In this document: positions 46,866-57,039 of the stretch, piece after piece | Layout of the letters: each line of letters begins with the position of its first letter | Numbering within the stretch: the first letter of the stretch is position 1 | From: a virus | Length of the DNA stretch: 64,000 nt | IMG/VR virus record: IMGVR_UViG_3300009130_000013 | Location: 1-64,000 of that record | Reading direction: 5' to 3' (one strand) | Notes under the pieces: model-generated | Databases searched by the model: none | Seen by the model: only the letters and a program-made list of their open reading frames with translations | Told to the model about the DNA's origin: nothing | Position numbers and translations under genes: made by a program

Positions 46866-47375
46866 ATGATCGATAAGTACGGGCAAGTATACTTTAATGA
46901 AAACGAAGCTATAAATTTAGTTTATGCTAACCCTAAAATAGACTTGAGTAATATTAAAATTGAAGACCCAAGTAAATTTAATAAAGCAGTAGAAGAATTA
47001 TACAGTGACGTACCAAAGTTAAAACAATATGTACCTTTGGATATAAGTATCGAAGAATTCGATAGAAACAATCAAAATAATTGGTTTATGCCTAAAGAAT
47101 ATATCGAGTTTGATATAGCAAAATGGGTATTAGAACAATGTGATGGTGATGCTGAATTACAACGGGCTGGAGAAGAATTAATGTCTTTTCAAGAACGTAA
47201 TTTATTACCATTATTAAATTTTATGTATTATCTAGTTAACATCATGAGAGAAAATAACATAGTCTGGGGTGTAGGTAGAGGATCTAGTGTATCTAGTTTT
47301 GTATTATACAAAATTGGAATTAATAGAATAAACCCGATATATTACAGTTTAGACTTCTCTGAGTTTCTAAGATAA
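46866..47375 (+). CDS. DNA polymerase III alpha (DnaE)-like fragment
   Basis: R..EEL..F...GVGRGSSVSSFVLYKIGI..INPI.Y.LDFSEFL; ends before the PDID motif. Confidence 0.85.
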   Translation: MIDKYGQVYFNENEAINLVYANPKIDLSNIKIEDPSKFNKAVEELYSDVPKLKQYVPLDISIEEFDRNNQNNWFMPKEYIEFDIAKWVLEQCDGDAELQRAGEELMSFQERNLLPLLNFMYYLVNIMRENNIVWGVGRGSSVSSFVLYKIGINRINPIYYSLDFSEFLR

Positions 47376-47401
47376 TATATACATATACAGGAGAATAACT
47401 T

Positions 47402-48016
47402 ATGGCAAAAAGAGAATATAAGACAGCAAGTGGTAAAAGAGTAGACTTTGATACTTTAATGATCAAAGGCGAAGAAACTATTGCTGTTGGAAATATGGGT
47501 GTTAATGCCAGGGGTGATAAACTAGGTGAAGGTGGAGCAGTAGTTCAAAAACGTGAAGAGGTAATAGCTGATTATTACAGAATTCACAATGGCACTATTC
47601 CACAAGACCGTCCAATTCCAGATGGTTCACCAGAGCCTGATCAAGTTGATTTACAACAAACAACAGGCCCAGAAGTAACAAACATTAACCCTAGCAAAGA
47701 TCCTATTTTAGCAGAGCTAGAGACTGAAAGTCCTAGTGAACGTGATATTGTTACCAGTGATGAACTTGCTTCAGCATTGGCTTCAACAGCAGAAGTAGTA
47801 GTCCCAGCTACAGATCACGCTGAACAAAAGACTTATGAAAATGAAGTTGATAAAAGTTCAGAAACTGAAACAGTAGTAGAAGAACCCGTTGTAGAAGAAA
47901 AACCTCGTGGAGGATTGGCTTCAGCAGTAGCAAAAGTAAAATCTACAAAGCCTGTTGTTAAAGAAAAAACAGCAGATGAAACGACAAAGGCAAAGCCAGG
48001 AGTAAAACGAGTTTAG
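47402..48016 (+). CDS. conserved jumbo-phage hypothetical protein
   Basis: AVGNMGVNARGD.LG.GG motif; acidic low-complexity tail. Confidence 0.7.
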   Translation: MAKREYKTASGKRVDFDTLMIKGEETIAVGNMGVNARGDKLGEGGAVVQKREEVIADYYRIHNGTIPQDRPIPDGSPEPDQVDLQQTTGPEVTNINPSKDPILAELETESPSERDIVTSDELASALASTAEVVVPATDHAEQKTYENEVDKSSETETVVEEPVVEEKPRGGLASAVAKVKSTKPVVKEKTADETTKAKPGVKRV

Positions 48017-48017
48017 T

Positions 48018-49214
48018 ATGAAAATACTTTGTATTTTATATGACGACCCTACAAAGGGTATGCCTACAAACTATCCAGTAAAAGATTTACCCAAGCTGGA
48101 CAAATATCCTGATGGGATGACATTACCAACACCTAAAGGTAGAGATTATACTCCAGGTGAATTACTAGGTTGTGTCTCAGGAGAATTGGGTTTAAGAAAG
48201 TTCTTGGAAGACCAAGGACATACATTAGTTGTTACGTCTGATAAAGATGGTGAAGGTTGTACAGCTGATAAAGAGTTAGTTGATTCTGACATTGTTATAT
48301 CACAACCATTTTGGCCTTACTACTTAACAAGGGAAAAAATGGAATCAGCACCAAACTTAAAGATGGCAATTACGGCAGGCATAGGATCTGATCACGTAGA
48401 CTTACAAGCGGCAATGGATAATAAAGTTGACGTAGTTGAAGTAACTTATTGTAATTCAAGATCAGTAGCAGAACATATTGTTATGATGATACTAGCATTA
48501 GTTAGAGATTATCATAATCAACACGCTATCGTAAAAGCAGGCGGCTGGCATATTGCTGACGCTGTTCAAAGAAGTTATGATGTTGAAGGTATGAACGTAG
48601 GTACTATTGCGGCAGGACGTATTGGTATTGATATGTTAAGAAAAATGAAACCATTTGATGTACATTTACATTACATGGATAGACATAGATTACCTGAAGC
48701 TGTGGAGCAAGAGTTAAATCTTACTTTCCACGAAACAGTAGAATCTTTAGTAGCAGTTTGTGACGTTATTAACATTAGTTGTCCACTACACCCTGAAACA
48801 GAACATTTGTTTAATGACGAAATGATTAGTAAGTGTAAGCCTGGTGCTTATATTATTAATACAGCACGTGGTAAGATTTGTGATAAAGATGCTATTGCTA
48901 GAGGACTTGAGTCAGGTCAGTTAAGTGGTTATGCAGGAGATGTTTGGTTTCCACAACCAGCACCTAACGATCATGTGTGGAGAAGTATGCCACATCATGG
49001 AATGACACCACATACATCAGGAACAAGTTTATCAGCACAGACAAGATATGCTGATGGCGTTAGAGAAATACTAGAATGTTTCTTTGACGGTACACCAATT
49101 AGAGATCCATACTTAATTGTACAAAATGGAGAACTAGCAGGTATGGGAGCTCACTCTTATAGTAAGGGTACAGCTACTGGTGGCTCTGAAGAAGCCGCAG
49201 AATATAAAAAGTAA
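48018..49214 (+). CDS. fdh: NAD-dependent formate dehydrogenase (metal-independent)
   Basis: PGELLGCVSGELGLRKFLE, SQPFWP, AGIGSDH, AAGRIG, NTARGK, GDVWFPQP, PHTSG. Confidence 0.95.
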   Translation: MKILCILYDDPTKGMPTNYPVKDLPKLDKYPDGMTLPTPKGRDYTPGELLGCVSGELGLRKFLEDQGHTLVVTSDKDGEGCTADKELVDSDIVISQPFWPYYLTREKMESAPNLKMAITAGIGSDHVDLQAAMDNKVDVVEVTYCNSRSVAEHIVMMILALVRDYHNQHAIVKAGGWHIADAVQRSYDVEGMNVGTIAAGRIGIDMLRKMKPFDVHLHYMDRHRLPEAVEQELNLTFHETVESLVAVCDVINISCPLHPETEHLFNDEMISKCKPGAYIINTARGKICDKDAIARGLESGQLSGYAGDVWFPQPAPNDHVWRSMPHHGMTPHTSGTSLSAQTRYADGVREILECFFDGTPIRDPYLIVQNGELAGMGAHSYSKGTATGGSEEAAEYKK

Positions 49215-49232
49215 GGCAGAGAGTTTAAGACT

Positions 49233-49598
49233 ATGATTAATCCTACTATTATGGGAGGTAAAGTTCCCCAATACAATGCCATTAAAGGGAAACTTATACC
49301 AATAAAAAACAATGTTATTATCGAAGACATGGCATTCGGTGAAACAGTAACAAAAGGCGGAATTATATTACGTGATGATGACGGGACAGATGAAGGAATT
49401 AAACCTCGTTGGGGCAGAGTATATGCTAAAGGCCCTGAAAACAAAGACGATTACGAGATAGGCGATTGGGTATTAATTGCCCATGGACGTTGGAGTAGAG
49501 GTATTGATGTTGAAGACCCTGACTCAGGTAACATTGTTAAACTACGAAGAGCAGACCCTGAAGACATCATGGCTGTATCAACAGAGGAACCAAATTAG
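49233..49598 (+). CDS. groES: GroES-like co-chaperonin
   Basis: LIPIKNNV..E.VTKGGIIL..G.V.A.GP..IGD.V..DIMAV. Confidence 0.85.
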   Translation: MINPTIMGGKVPQYNAIKGKLIPIKNNVIIEDMAFGETVTKGGIILRDDDGTDEGIKPRWGRVYAKGPENKDDYEIGDWVLIAHGRWSRGIDVEDPDSGNIVKLRRADPEDIMAVSTEEPN

Positions 49599-49912
49599 TA
49601 TATGACTTGGAAAAATCACGAAGATGATCCAACAGAACAAATGAGAAGACATTTATTAGCTTCAGAGGAAAGATGCTCTATACTTAAAAAGCAAATCCAA
49701 GAAGAAGTAAAAGAAAAATATGCTTTATACAAACGGATTAAAGAATTAAGAGAAGAAATAGATGCCAAATAAAAATAAAGATCGTCCTAAGATATATGAA
49801 CGTAATCCTGACACTGGAGTAATACGTTGGAGATATGTAGGCGAAAGCCCTGATGATTATGGTTGGCCACATTATGGAAACATTCTAACTAAAGAAGAAG
49901 AGAAAGAGTTAG

Positions 49913-50233
49913 ATGGCAAATAAAAGAAAAATGACAACAAACGAATATGTTAGGTCACTACCGCCAAAAGATCCTAAAGACATAGCAGTTGGTATACTCC
50001 TTAAAGAAAATCGTAAAAATAGAGAACTCTTAGATACTTTAAAATTAGAATCAATCCAATCAATTGAAAATGCTAAAAAAGAATCTGATGAGTTAATGAT
50101 GGCTAAAGTTATAAAATACGAAAACGAAATAGCTATGTTAAAGAAAAACATTTCCGAACTAGAACAGCAATTACTTACAGCTCAAAACGACGCCGATGCC
50201 AACAGAGCAATGGCCAATATTCCACAATATTAA
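49913..50233 (+). CDS. coiled-coil hypothetical protein
   Basis: ORF with heptad pattern. Confidence 0.6.
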   Translation: MANKRKMTTNEYVRSLPPKDPKDIAVGILLKENRKNRELLDTLKLESIQSIENAKKESDELMMAKVIKYENEIAMLKKNISELEQQLLTAQNDADANRAMANIPQY

Positions 50234-50290
50234 ACTTGACTTTTATCATAAATTGTTATATAATACTTGTTATATGAAAAGGTATAGCAA

Positions 50291-51211
50291 ATGAAAGAAC
50301 TTTGGACAGAAAAATATAGACCTACAAATCTTAATGATTATGTATTCCGTGATGAAGCACAACGAAGACAAGTAGAATCATGGATAGATTCTGGTACTAT
50401 TCCACACTTATTATTCAGTGGTGCTCCTGGTGTAGGAAAAACTACACTAGCAAAACTACTATTGGGTATATTGGAAGTAGATCAATATGACACATTAGAA
50501 ATTAATGCTAGTAGAGAAAACTCTGTAGACACAATTAGAGATAAGATAACAGGCTTTGTACAAACAATGCCATTTGGTGACTTTAAAGTAGTATTACTTG
50601 ATGAAGCAGATTATATTAGTCCAAACGGACAGGCGGCATTACGTGGTGTTATGGAAATGTATGCTCAAACGGCAAGGTTTATATTAACTTGTAACTATCC
50701 TAATAGAGTTATTCCAGCATTACATAGTAGATGTCAAGGATTTCATATTGAGAAATTAGATGTAACTGACTTTACACATAGAGTAGCAACTGTATTAGTA
50801 GAAGAAGATGTTAAAGTTGATATAGATGTATTAGATAGCTATGTTAAAGCAACATACCCTGACTTAAGAAAATGTTTAAACTTATGTCAAATGAATACAG
50901 TTAATGGTTTATTACAACGACCACACGAAGCTGAAAATAGTTCAGCAGATTATAGACTACAAATGGTAGATATGATTAAAGGTGGAAAGATTAGAGAAGC
51001 TAGACAACTATTGTGTAGTCAAGTACGCCCAGATGAAATGGAAGAACTATTTAGATGGATGTATGATAATTTAGGTTTATGGAGCACAACTGTAGAAGGT
51101 GAAGACGAAGCAATTTTAATTATAAGAAAAGGTTTAGTTAATCATCCTATGGTAAGTGATCCAGAAATTAACTTATCAGCGACATTAGTTGAATTAGCAA
51201 ATATTAAATAA
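50291..51211 (+). CDS. clamp loader AAA+ subunit (RFC small / gp44-like)
   Basis: WTEKYRP, GAPGVGKT, DEAD, SRC motifs. Confidence 0.93.
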   Translation: MKELWTEKYRPTNLNDYVFRDEAQRRQVESWIDSGTIPHLLFSGAPGVGKTTLAKLLLGILEVDQYDTLEINASRENSVDTIRDKITGFVQTMPFGDFKVVLLDEADYISPNGQAALRGVMEMYAQTARFILTCNYPNRVIPALHSRCQGFHIEKLDVTDFTHRVATVLVEEDVKVDIDVLDSYVKATYPDLRKCLNLCQMNTVNGLLQRPHEAENSSADYRLQMVDMIKGGKIREARQLLCSQVRPDEMEELFRWMYDNLGLWSTTVEGEDEAILIIRKGLVNHPMVSDPEINLSATLVELANIK

Positions 51212-51225
51212 GGTTAAATATTTGT

Positions 51226-52524
51226 ATGTTTTTAGACCCAACGAAACTCAGAAGAATCACGATAGAAATTACAGCAAACTGTAATAGTTTCTGCCCTCAA
51301 TGTTTGAGAAGAGTATCAGGTGATATTCCACATTTAAATTTAAAAGAAGGTGATGTTAATCCAGCAATTAAAGTAGGTAGTTCTGGTAATATGCCTATGT
51401 CTACTATTAAGAATATCTTTACTCCTACAGTAATGGGTGGACTTAAAACATTAGACTTAAATGGTTCGTTTGGTGACGCTATTAATCACCCAGACATGAT
51501 AGAGATACTTCATTATATTGCTGATGTAAGTGATAGTGTAAAGTCACAGAGATTAAAGAATGATCGTAACACTAGAACAGACCTATGGGTTAGTACTAAC
51601 GGTGCTATGAGAAACAAAGAGTTTTGGACTGACCTTGGGCATTTAGCAAGTCAACGATACAATCCTAACAACTCAGAATTAATATTTGCTTTAGATGGAA
51701 CAGATGATAAAACACATCAACTATATCGTAGAGGTTGTTCATACGAAAAAGTTTTAGAGAATGCTCGTTACTTTATGGAGGCTGGCGGCAAAGCTATATG
51801 GCAAATTATTGAGTTTGACCACAACAAACATCAAATAGAAGAAGCAAAAGAACTAGCAAAGAAATTAGGATTTGTTAGAATTGATGTAAGACGTAGTAGA
51901 TGGGCTGAAAGAATTAGTAATCAATTAAGAGAAAAAGCAATTAAAACAGGTGTTGTAAGTGTAAAAGAAAAAGAAACAGACTTCGACCATAAAGGATTTG
52001 GTAACGTTAAGAAAAAGAAGTTTGAAAACAAATCACATAAGCCACCTACAGATCATTACAAGTCAATGGAAGAAAAAGCTAAGAAAATTGTTGTAGAAAA
52101 GTTTGACAATAGTATGGATGACTATGCCAACAACTGTAACATTTGGTGCTCATGGGGTAATGAAGGAAAGTTACAAATTGAATGGGATGGTCGTGTACAC
52201 GTTTGTTGTCACTTTACAGCCTATTTTGCTCGTTCATGGCGTAAAGATATGGCTAACCCTGATGGTAGCCCTAATAATACATACCATAACAAGTATGTGT
52301 CGAACTATGATGAGAAATGGAATTATACCAGCCATCATACATTAGAAGATGTGTTAGGACATAAGTTCTTTCAAACGGATTTACAGGATAGTTGGAAAAA
52401 CCGTACTGACGATCCAATTAAACCTAGAATGGAGATCTGTGTAGATAACTGTGGTAGTATCGTACAAGAGCTCAGAGATAAAAAAGAAGATAGAATATCT
52501 TTAGACGGAGGTAAAACAACATGA
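51226..52524 (+). CDS. radical SAM protein with C-terminal SPASM/Twitch domain; close paralogue of 38303..39553
   Basis: CNSFCPQC; THQLYRR, CSWGN.GK, HVCC, CVDNC. Confidence 0.9.
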   Translation: MFLDPTKLRRITIEITANCNSFCPQCLRRVSGDIPHLNLKEGDVNPAIKVGSSGNMPMSTIKNIFTPTVMGGLKTLDLNGSFGDAINHPDMIEILHYIADVSDSVKSQRLKNDRNTRTDLWVSTNGAMRNKEFWTDLGHLASQRYNPNNSELIFALDGTDDKTHQLYRRGCSYEKVLENARYFMEAGGKAIWQIIEFDHNKHQIEEAKELAKKLGFVRIDVRRSRWAERISNQLREKAIKTGVVSVKEKETDFDHKGFGNVKKKKFENKSHKPPTDHYKSMEEKAKKIVVEKFDNSMDDYANNCNIWCSWGNEGKLQIEWDGRVHVCCHFTAYFARSWRKDMANPDGSPNNTYHNKYVSNYDEKWNYTSHHTLEDVLGHKFFQTDLQDSWKNRTDDPIKPRMEICVDNCGSIVQELRDKKEDRISLDGGKTT

Positions 52525-52847
52525 ACCCAGAAGATCAATTAGAATTAGATTTAACGTATATAAGAGACAAGATAGATGTATTATCATACGACGAAGATGA
52601 TATGTGGAGCAAAGCTGGAGCAGGATTTGATATGGGTGATACACACGAGGACCAAAGCTCTAAAATAAATGACATTGGTCAAAGATTAACTCTTATAGAA
52701 AAAGCATTAGGTATCCCACCTAAGTTAAAAGTAAATCTCGACATGGAAGAAGAGTATCCACACATTAAAAAATTACGTGAAAAATACGAGCTTGAAGTAG
52801 AGAAACACTTAACTTTAAAACTTTTAAAACCTGAGCTACCTTATTAA
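52521..52847 (+). CDS. hypothetical protein
   Basis: ATGA coupling. Confidence 0.65.
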   Translation: MNPEDQLELDLTYIRDKIDVLSYDEDDMWSKAGAGFDMGDTHEDQSSKINDIGQRLTLIEKALGIPPKLKVNLDMEEEYPHIKKLREKYELEVEKHLTLKLLKPELPY

Positions 52848-53716
52848 TGAATCAGTCGTATGCTTTTATAGGAACAAGTTATCTCGAGGCTTGTGAAGAA
52901 AGTTATACTCCGAACGCCTGGCGGACTGATCCTGCCTTATCAACCGATTCAACTTTAACTCCAAGATTTGAATACAAAACAAATCTAATTCAAGCAGTAT
53001 CTAAAAGAAATCCTAGCAACACCATTTATAATTGTAGTGAAAGTGGACATGGTATTACAACATACTATAAAAGAATACTAACTCTACTAGATAGGTATGA
53101 CCCAGATGTATTTGTATTTGAAATACCAAATGGACAACGTATGTTAGCACATACAGATAATGAGTACGGTGAAAACTACGACCTTCATTTTCCTGTACAA
53201 GTATACGAAGCAGGACAACCTCAAAACCTAGATGAAGAGTACCGCAAGGTTTCGGCCGCAATAATTGATGATTGTCAAGTACTCATGTCATCACATAGAT
53301 TAAACAAGTATTGGACTACACATACTAATATGGTATTTAATTTAGGGGACAAACAATGGCAAGGCTATACAAGAATACTATCAACTCTTGATGATGGTAT
53401 GAAGTCTAAGTTTTCAGATATTGTAGCACAATGCGAAATAATAAACGAATTTTTAGTAAGCAAAGGTAAAAAAGTATATTGGTTTAGTTGGTTTAAAGAT
53501 TACCGACTAGAAGTTAACCCTGACAAAATAACGTTATTAAGCCCAGACAACATTCAGCAATGGAAATTCGATAAAGACGGTCAAGTGTCTCCACGAGTTA
53601 GCAGACAACAAGATCTAATAAAGAAGTATTATAAGCAATTTTCTTATGATAACAGCCACTTACATTCCAAATATATGCCCGAATTTGCTGAATATTTCGA
53701 CCAAATCTTTAAATAA
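52847..53716 (+). CDS. SGNH-like hydrolase/acyltransferase
   Basis: FIGTSY block I, N..SGHG block II, D.SH block V. Confidence 0.5.
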   Translation: MNQSYAFIGTSYLEACEESYTPNAWRTDPALSTDSTLTPRFEYKTNLIQAVSKRNPSNTIYNCSESGHGITTYYKRILTLLDRYDPDVFVFEIPNGQRMLAHTDNEYGENYDLHFPVQVYEAGQPQNLDEEYRKVSAAIIDDCQVLMSSHRLNKYWTTHTNMVFNLGDKQWQGYTRILSTLDDGMKSKFSDIVAQCEIINEFLVSKGKKVYWFSWFKDYRLEVNPDKITLLSPDNIQQWKFDKDGQVSPRVSRQQDLIKKYYKQFSYDNSHLHSKYMPEFAEYFDQIFK

Positions 53717-53733
53717 TTTCCAAAATCTATATA

Positions 53734-53801
53734 AATCAACGACTTATCTCGACTAAAAAACCGTCTTTTTGGTTGACTTTTTGGCTAGTTTAGTGTATTA
53801 T
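53734..53801 (+). promoter_or_regulatory. early promoter with IHF-consensus site (copy 5)
   Basis: AATCAAcgacTTA 53734-53746; TTGACT 53773; 17 bp; TATTAT. Confidence 0.8.
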
Positions 53802-53832
53802 AATAGTATAGTTAATAAGGAATAGTTGAAAA

Positions 53833-54636
53833 ATGTATAGAAATAATATATCCGCAGTTAATAGAGCTAGTAACTTTATGTCAACAAAATCAAGACCAAT
53901 GAGAACTTATAGTACACAAGCAGTATTAGAAGCTTCAGTGGCCGCGAATCGTTTTAACGGTGCTTATATTAAACAGAACAAAACCAAATACATTAAAGAC
54001 GAAAACGACAATGATACAACAAAGTATATTGTTGAAATGGCTTGTAATAAGTCATTAGTATATTTCCTATTAAACAAGAAATTACCAGATGTTAAGTACC
54101 ATAAAGAAGAAAATGCTTATCTGTCTAACATTCAAAATATACTTAAAGTAACAGATGCTGATAAAGAAACAGCTAACGATATTAAAGACCATTTTCAAAG
54201 CAAACTGTTTCAAGCATTAGGTGGTAAGCTAGATGAATATACTGATCAAATTTGGAAAGTATTAGATACTGAAGAGGTTACAGCACGTGAAGTAGGCTTA
54301 TTAACTAGTACGCCATCTGCTTATAATAGAGATCTTAATAAAGAAGTAGTTGAAGATACAGTTTTAGAAAGATGTGCTGATGAATATGTTGGCAGTAAAG
54401 GCGAAAAGATTGAAGGACCTGTCGAACTTGTAAATGTAATTTACTCTAGTCGATTTGAGTCATACATTTACACAGGCATTTATAAAGATAAGTTTCTTGT
54501 TAGTTTTTGGAACGGTGTAGAGCTAGGCAAGAAAGGTGAAACTATTAATCTTAAAGCAAGAATCAAAAAACTTGCTCTTAGTAGATTTTACAACGGTGCT
54601 TGGGAAACTCAATTAAATTATGTTAAGAAGGTATAA
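53833..54636 (+). CDS. hypothetical early protein with C-terminal OB-fold-like domain
   Basis: EYVGSKGEKI...ETQLNYVK tail. Confidence 0.6.
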   Translation: MYRNNISAVNRASNFMSTKSRPMRTYSTQAVLEASVAANRFNGAYIKQNKTKYIKDENDNDTTKYIVEMACNKSLVYFLLNKKLPDVKYHKEENAYLSNIQNILKVTDADKETANDIKDHFQSKLFQALGGKLDEYTDQIWKVLDTEEVTAREVGLLTSTPSAYNRDLNKEVVEDTVLERCADEYVGSKGEKIEGPVELVNVIYSSRFESYIYTGIYKDKFLVSFWNGVELGKKGETINLKARIKKLALSRFYNGAWETQLNYVKKV

Positions 54637-54950
54637 TGGTTAAAGACGTGAAACAAAAACTTAATGATAAAATAAAGGCCCTAAATTCAACTAGGGTTTT
54701 TAAAAAGATTACACCACAGTATGAACTTACTTGGTACATCAAATGGTCAGCAAGTTTATTTCTATTATTAGGAATGGCTTTAGTGACAGCAAACATACAA
54801 CCACTTCAAATGATAGTTTCACTAGTAGGTGTTGTTGGTTGGCTAGTAGTTGGAATGATGTGGCACGATAGAGCATTAATTTTTATTAACGGTATTGCCT
54901 GTTTTATATATACTACAGGTTTAATTAAATATTTCCACTCAGGATTATAA
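54636..54950 (+). CDS. DUF6552-like membrane protein
   Basis: LTWYIKW...GW.VVGMMWHDRALI.IN. Confidence 0.7.
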   Translation: MVKDVKQKLNDKIKALNSTRVFKKITPQYELTWYIKWSASLFLLLGMALVTANIQPLQMIVSLVGVVGWLVVGMMWHDRALIFINGIACFIYTTGLIKYFHSGL

Positions 54951-54951
54951 T

Positions 54952-55278
54952 ATGGATGATTTTGTACAACGAGATTTATTCGAAGACGTGGGGTTTGATG
55001 ACAAAGATCGTCAAGCAGAAGTTAAAGAAGATTTACAAACAAAAATTCTAGAAGTTACATTTACTAAAAAGGATGGCGAAGAACGAGTAATGACGTGTAC
55101 ACTTATGTCAGAAGCTATTCCTTTAGAACGTAGACCTAAACCTTTAGCAGAAGGTGAAGTACTAAAACCAAAGCCTGAAGGTTTACAAAGTGTTTGGGAT
55201 GTCAAAGCTGAAGGTTGGCGTAGTTTTTATTGGGATAAAGTAACAGCCGTTAAGGTTGCCAACATTGAAACAGTCTAA
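54952..55278 (+). CDS. WYL_2/SH3-like (DUF2693) protein
   Basis: VTFTKKDGEERVMTCTL...VWDV...GWRSF. Confidence 0.8.
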   Translation: MDDFVQRDLFEDVGFDDKDRQAEVKEDLQTKILEVTFTKKDGEERVMTCTLMSEAIPLERRPKPLAEGEVLKPKPEGLQSVWDVKAEGWRSFYWDKVTAVKVANIETV

Positions 55279-55726
55279 CAAATTTAAAAGCAGTTTAAGG
55301 TTTGGCAACAAACTAGAAAAGAATCATGCTCTTAGAGTAATCGAGCAAATCCATCCAAAGTGTACTATACACGAACCAGACGAATACAGAGAGAATGGAT
55401 TAGCAGTTCCTGATCATATAATAAAGAAAGGCAAAAAAATCGTAGCCTTTTATGACAGCAAAAACAAACGTTCAACATATAAAGTTACAGGTGAACCAGA
55501 AAGAATTTGGAGTGTTGATGAGAAACTTTTAGAATATAGAAAATATGCTCTAAAACATAAAGCACCTTGTTACTTAATATTCTATCATAAAGATAGCGAT
55601 AAAAATAATGTGTATATTGTGGATGTTAGTATTGAACCAAAGTTCTATAGAAGAATCAATAACAAGTACGGTGAACACTGGTACGGTTATTACATATCAC
55701 AAACAACACCATATTCAATTGATTAA
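55256..55726 (+). CDS. putative PD-(D/E)XK nuclease
   Basis: G..LE...VPD...YDSK motif. Confidence 0.55.
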   Translation: MPTLKQSNKFKSSLRFGNKLEKNHALRVIEQIHPKCTIHEPDEYRENGLAVPDHIIKKGKKIVAFYDSKNKRSTYKVTGEPERIWSVDEKLLEYRKYALKHKAPCYLIFYHKDSDKNNVYIVDVSIEPKFYRRINNKYGEHWYGYYISQTTPYSID

Positions 55727-55753
55727 AAAGCCCTCTGTAAGGAGGGCTTTTTT
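55726..55753. terminator. bidirectional Rho-independent terminator
   Basis: AAAAAGCCCTC-TGTAAG-GAGGGCTTTTTT between convergent genes. Confidence 0.85.
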
Positions 55754-55757
55754 ATGA

Positions 55758-55829
55758 TTACTTTTTCTTTTTCTTTTTATTTTTAGCCTTCGCTTTTTTA
55801 GAAGGCTTTTTTTTCTTTTTCTTAGCCAT
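55758..55829 (-). CDS. 23-aa lysine-rich peptide
   Basis: MAKKKKKKPSKKAKAKNKKKKKK; SD AAGG; TAAATA late motif upstream. Confidence 0.5.
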   Translation of the reverse strand: MAKKKKKKPSKKAKAKNKKKKKK

Positions 55830-55882
55830 GTTAATGACCTTTCTAAAGGCTTAAAGCCTTTAGCTCGTATTTATGAGTCCAG

Positions 55883-56479
55883 TTACTTAATATCTTCTAT
55901 CTTATCACACAACTTTAAGGTTTTAGCCTCTTTGGCACTCAACCATACGTCCTGTGGTGGAAGTAAAAACTCTCTAATTTTCTTTTCAGTTAACCCTGTA
56001 CATTTTTTGTAGTGGTTAATCATACGTTCTGTAGTTAATTCTAGTTCTTTAACACGAGCAAATAATTCGTGTTCTTTACCAGCACTACCCCAACTATATT
56101 GATGTGATAGTATTGCTGTATTAGGTGTAAGTATTCTACGACCTTTCTTACCTGATATGAATAGTAACAAGCCACAAGAAGCAATCATACCTAATCCTAT
56201 TGTTCTAACAGGTATTGAAGATGCTCTCATAACATCAATTAAAGCAAAACAGGCATTTAAGTCTCCACCTCTGGAGCAAATTCCCAAGGTTAACTCTTTT
56301 GCCTTATTCCCTTTCTTCATATTTTCAGCAAGAATCCAATCGACGATCGGGCTCAAAGTGTCCATTGTTACATCACCCATGAACACATACATACCATTCA
56401 TAAGTAATTCTATTTTAGGTAGCATCATTTCTGGTCCAGGTGGTTTTGGGGCACCGTTAGCCGGTTTTTTATCTGACAT
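55883..56479 (-). CDS. clpP: ClpP protease subunit
   Basis: S.GG, IASCG (catalytic Ser), SHQ (His), DVWLSA.EA (Asp). Confidence 0.88.
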   Translation of the reverse strand: MSDKKPANGAPKPPGPEMMLPKIELLMNGMYVFMGDVTMDTLSPIVDWILAENMKKGNKAKELTLGICSRGGDLNACFALIDVMRASSIPVRTIGLGMIASCGLLLFISGKKGRRILTPNTAILSHQYSWGSAGKEHELFARVKELELTTERMINHYKKCTGLTEKKIREFLLPPQDVWLSAKEAKTLKLCDKIEDIK

Positions 56480-56520
56480 TTTCTTGTTCTCCTTGATCCT
56501 TTGTTATATGTTCCATTGTG

Positions 56521-57039
56521 TTAAAATCCCACACTAGAGTCGTTGTCTTCATAATTACGATCTTTTGTTATATGTTCCATTTTATTAAAGTCCCACAACT
56601 TTAATGTTTTTTCTGTAAATTCATTACCCGAATCCTCAGGTAACATCATTTTTTGAGGAAGTCCTTGTCCTTGCCTTTGTTTGGCTTCCGATAATTTCTT
56701 TTCTCTTTCTTTAGTATATTTTATTTTATATGATCTAGGTTCCATTGACCTTGACATATCAACAGCCCAAATGTATATCCATTTTTGCTCATGTCCAACT
56801 AAATGAGTTATATAAACTTGCTCTTGTTTAGAGTTAAAATTAGTTGGATAGCCGAGCATATTTTCTATATTTGTTTTAACACTCATAGAAAGAAATAAGA
56901 TTAAAGGTATCATAACATACGTCCACCTATTTACCTTACCATATCTAATCATTGTTAACAATGAAAAAGACATTAAAACAAATATAGAAATAGTTAAGAT
57001 TGTCTTAACAGTTTCAAAATCGAAATAACTAAAGACCAT
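56521..57039 (-). CDS. two-TM membrane protein, third member of the motor-like module
   Basis: Two N-terminal TMs; LGYP..WIYIW..EPRSY..Y. Confidence 0.7.
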   Translation of the reverse strand: MVFSYFDFETVKTILTISIFVLMSFSLLTMIRYGKVNRWTYVMIPLILFLSMSVKTNIENMLGYPTNFNSKQEQVYITHLVGHEQKWIYIWAVDMSRSMEPRSYKIKYTKEREKKLSEAKQRQGQGLPQKMMLPEDSGNEFTEKTLKLWDFNKMEHITKDRNYEDNDSSVGF

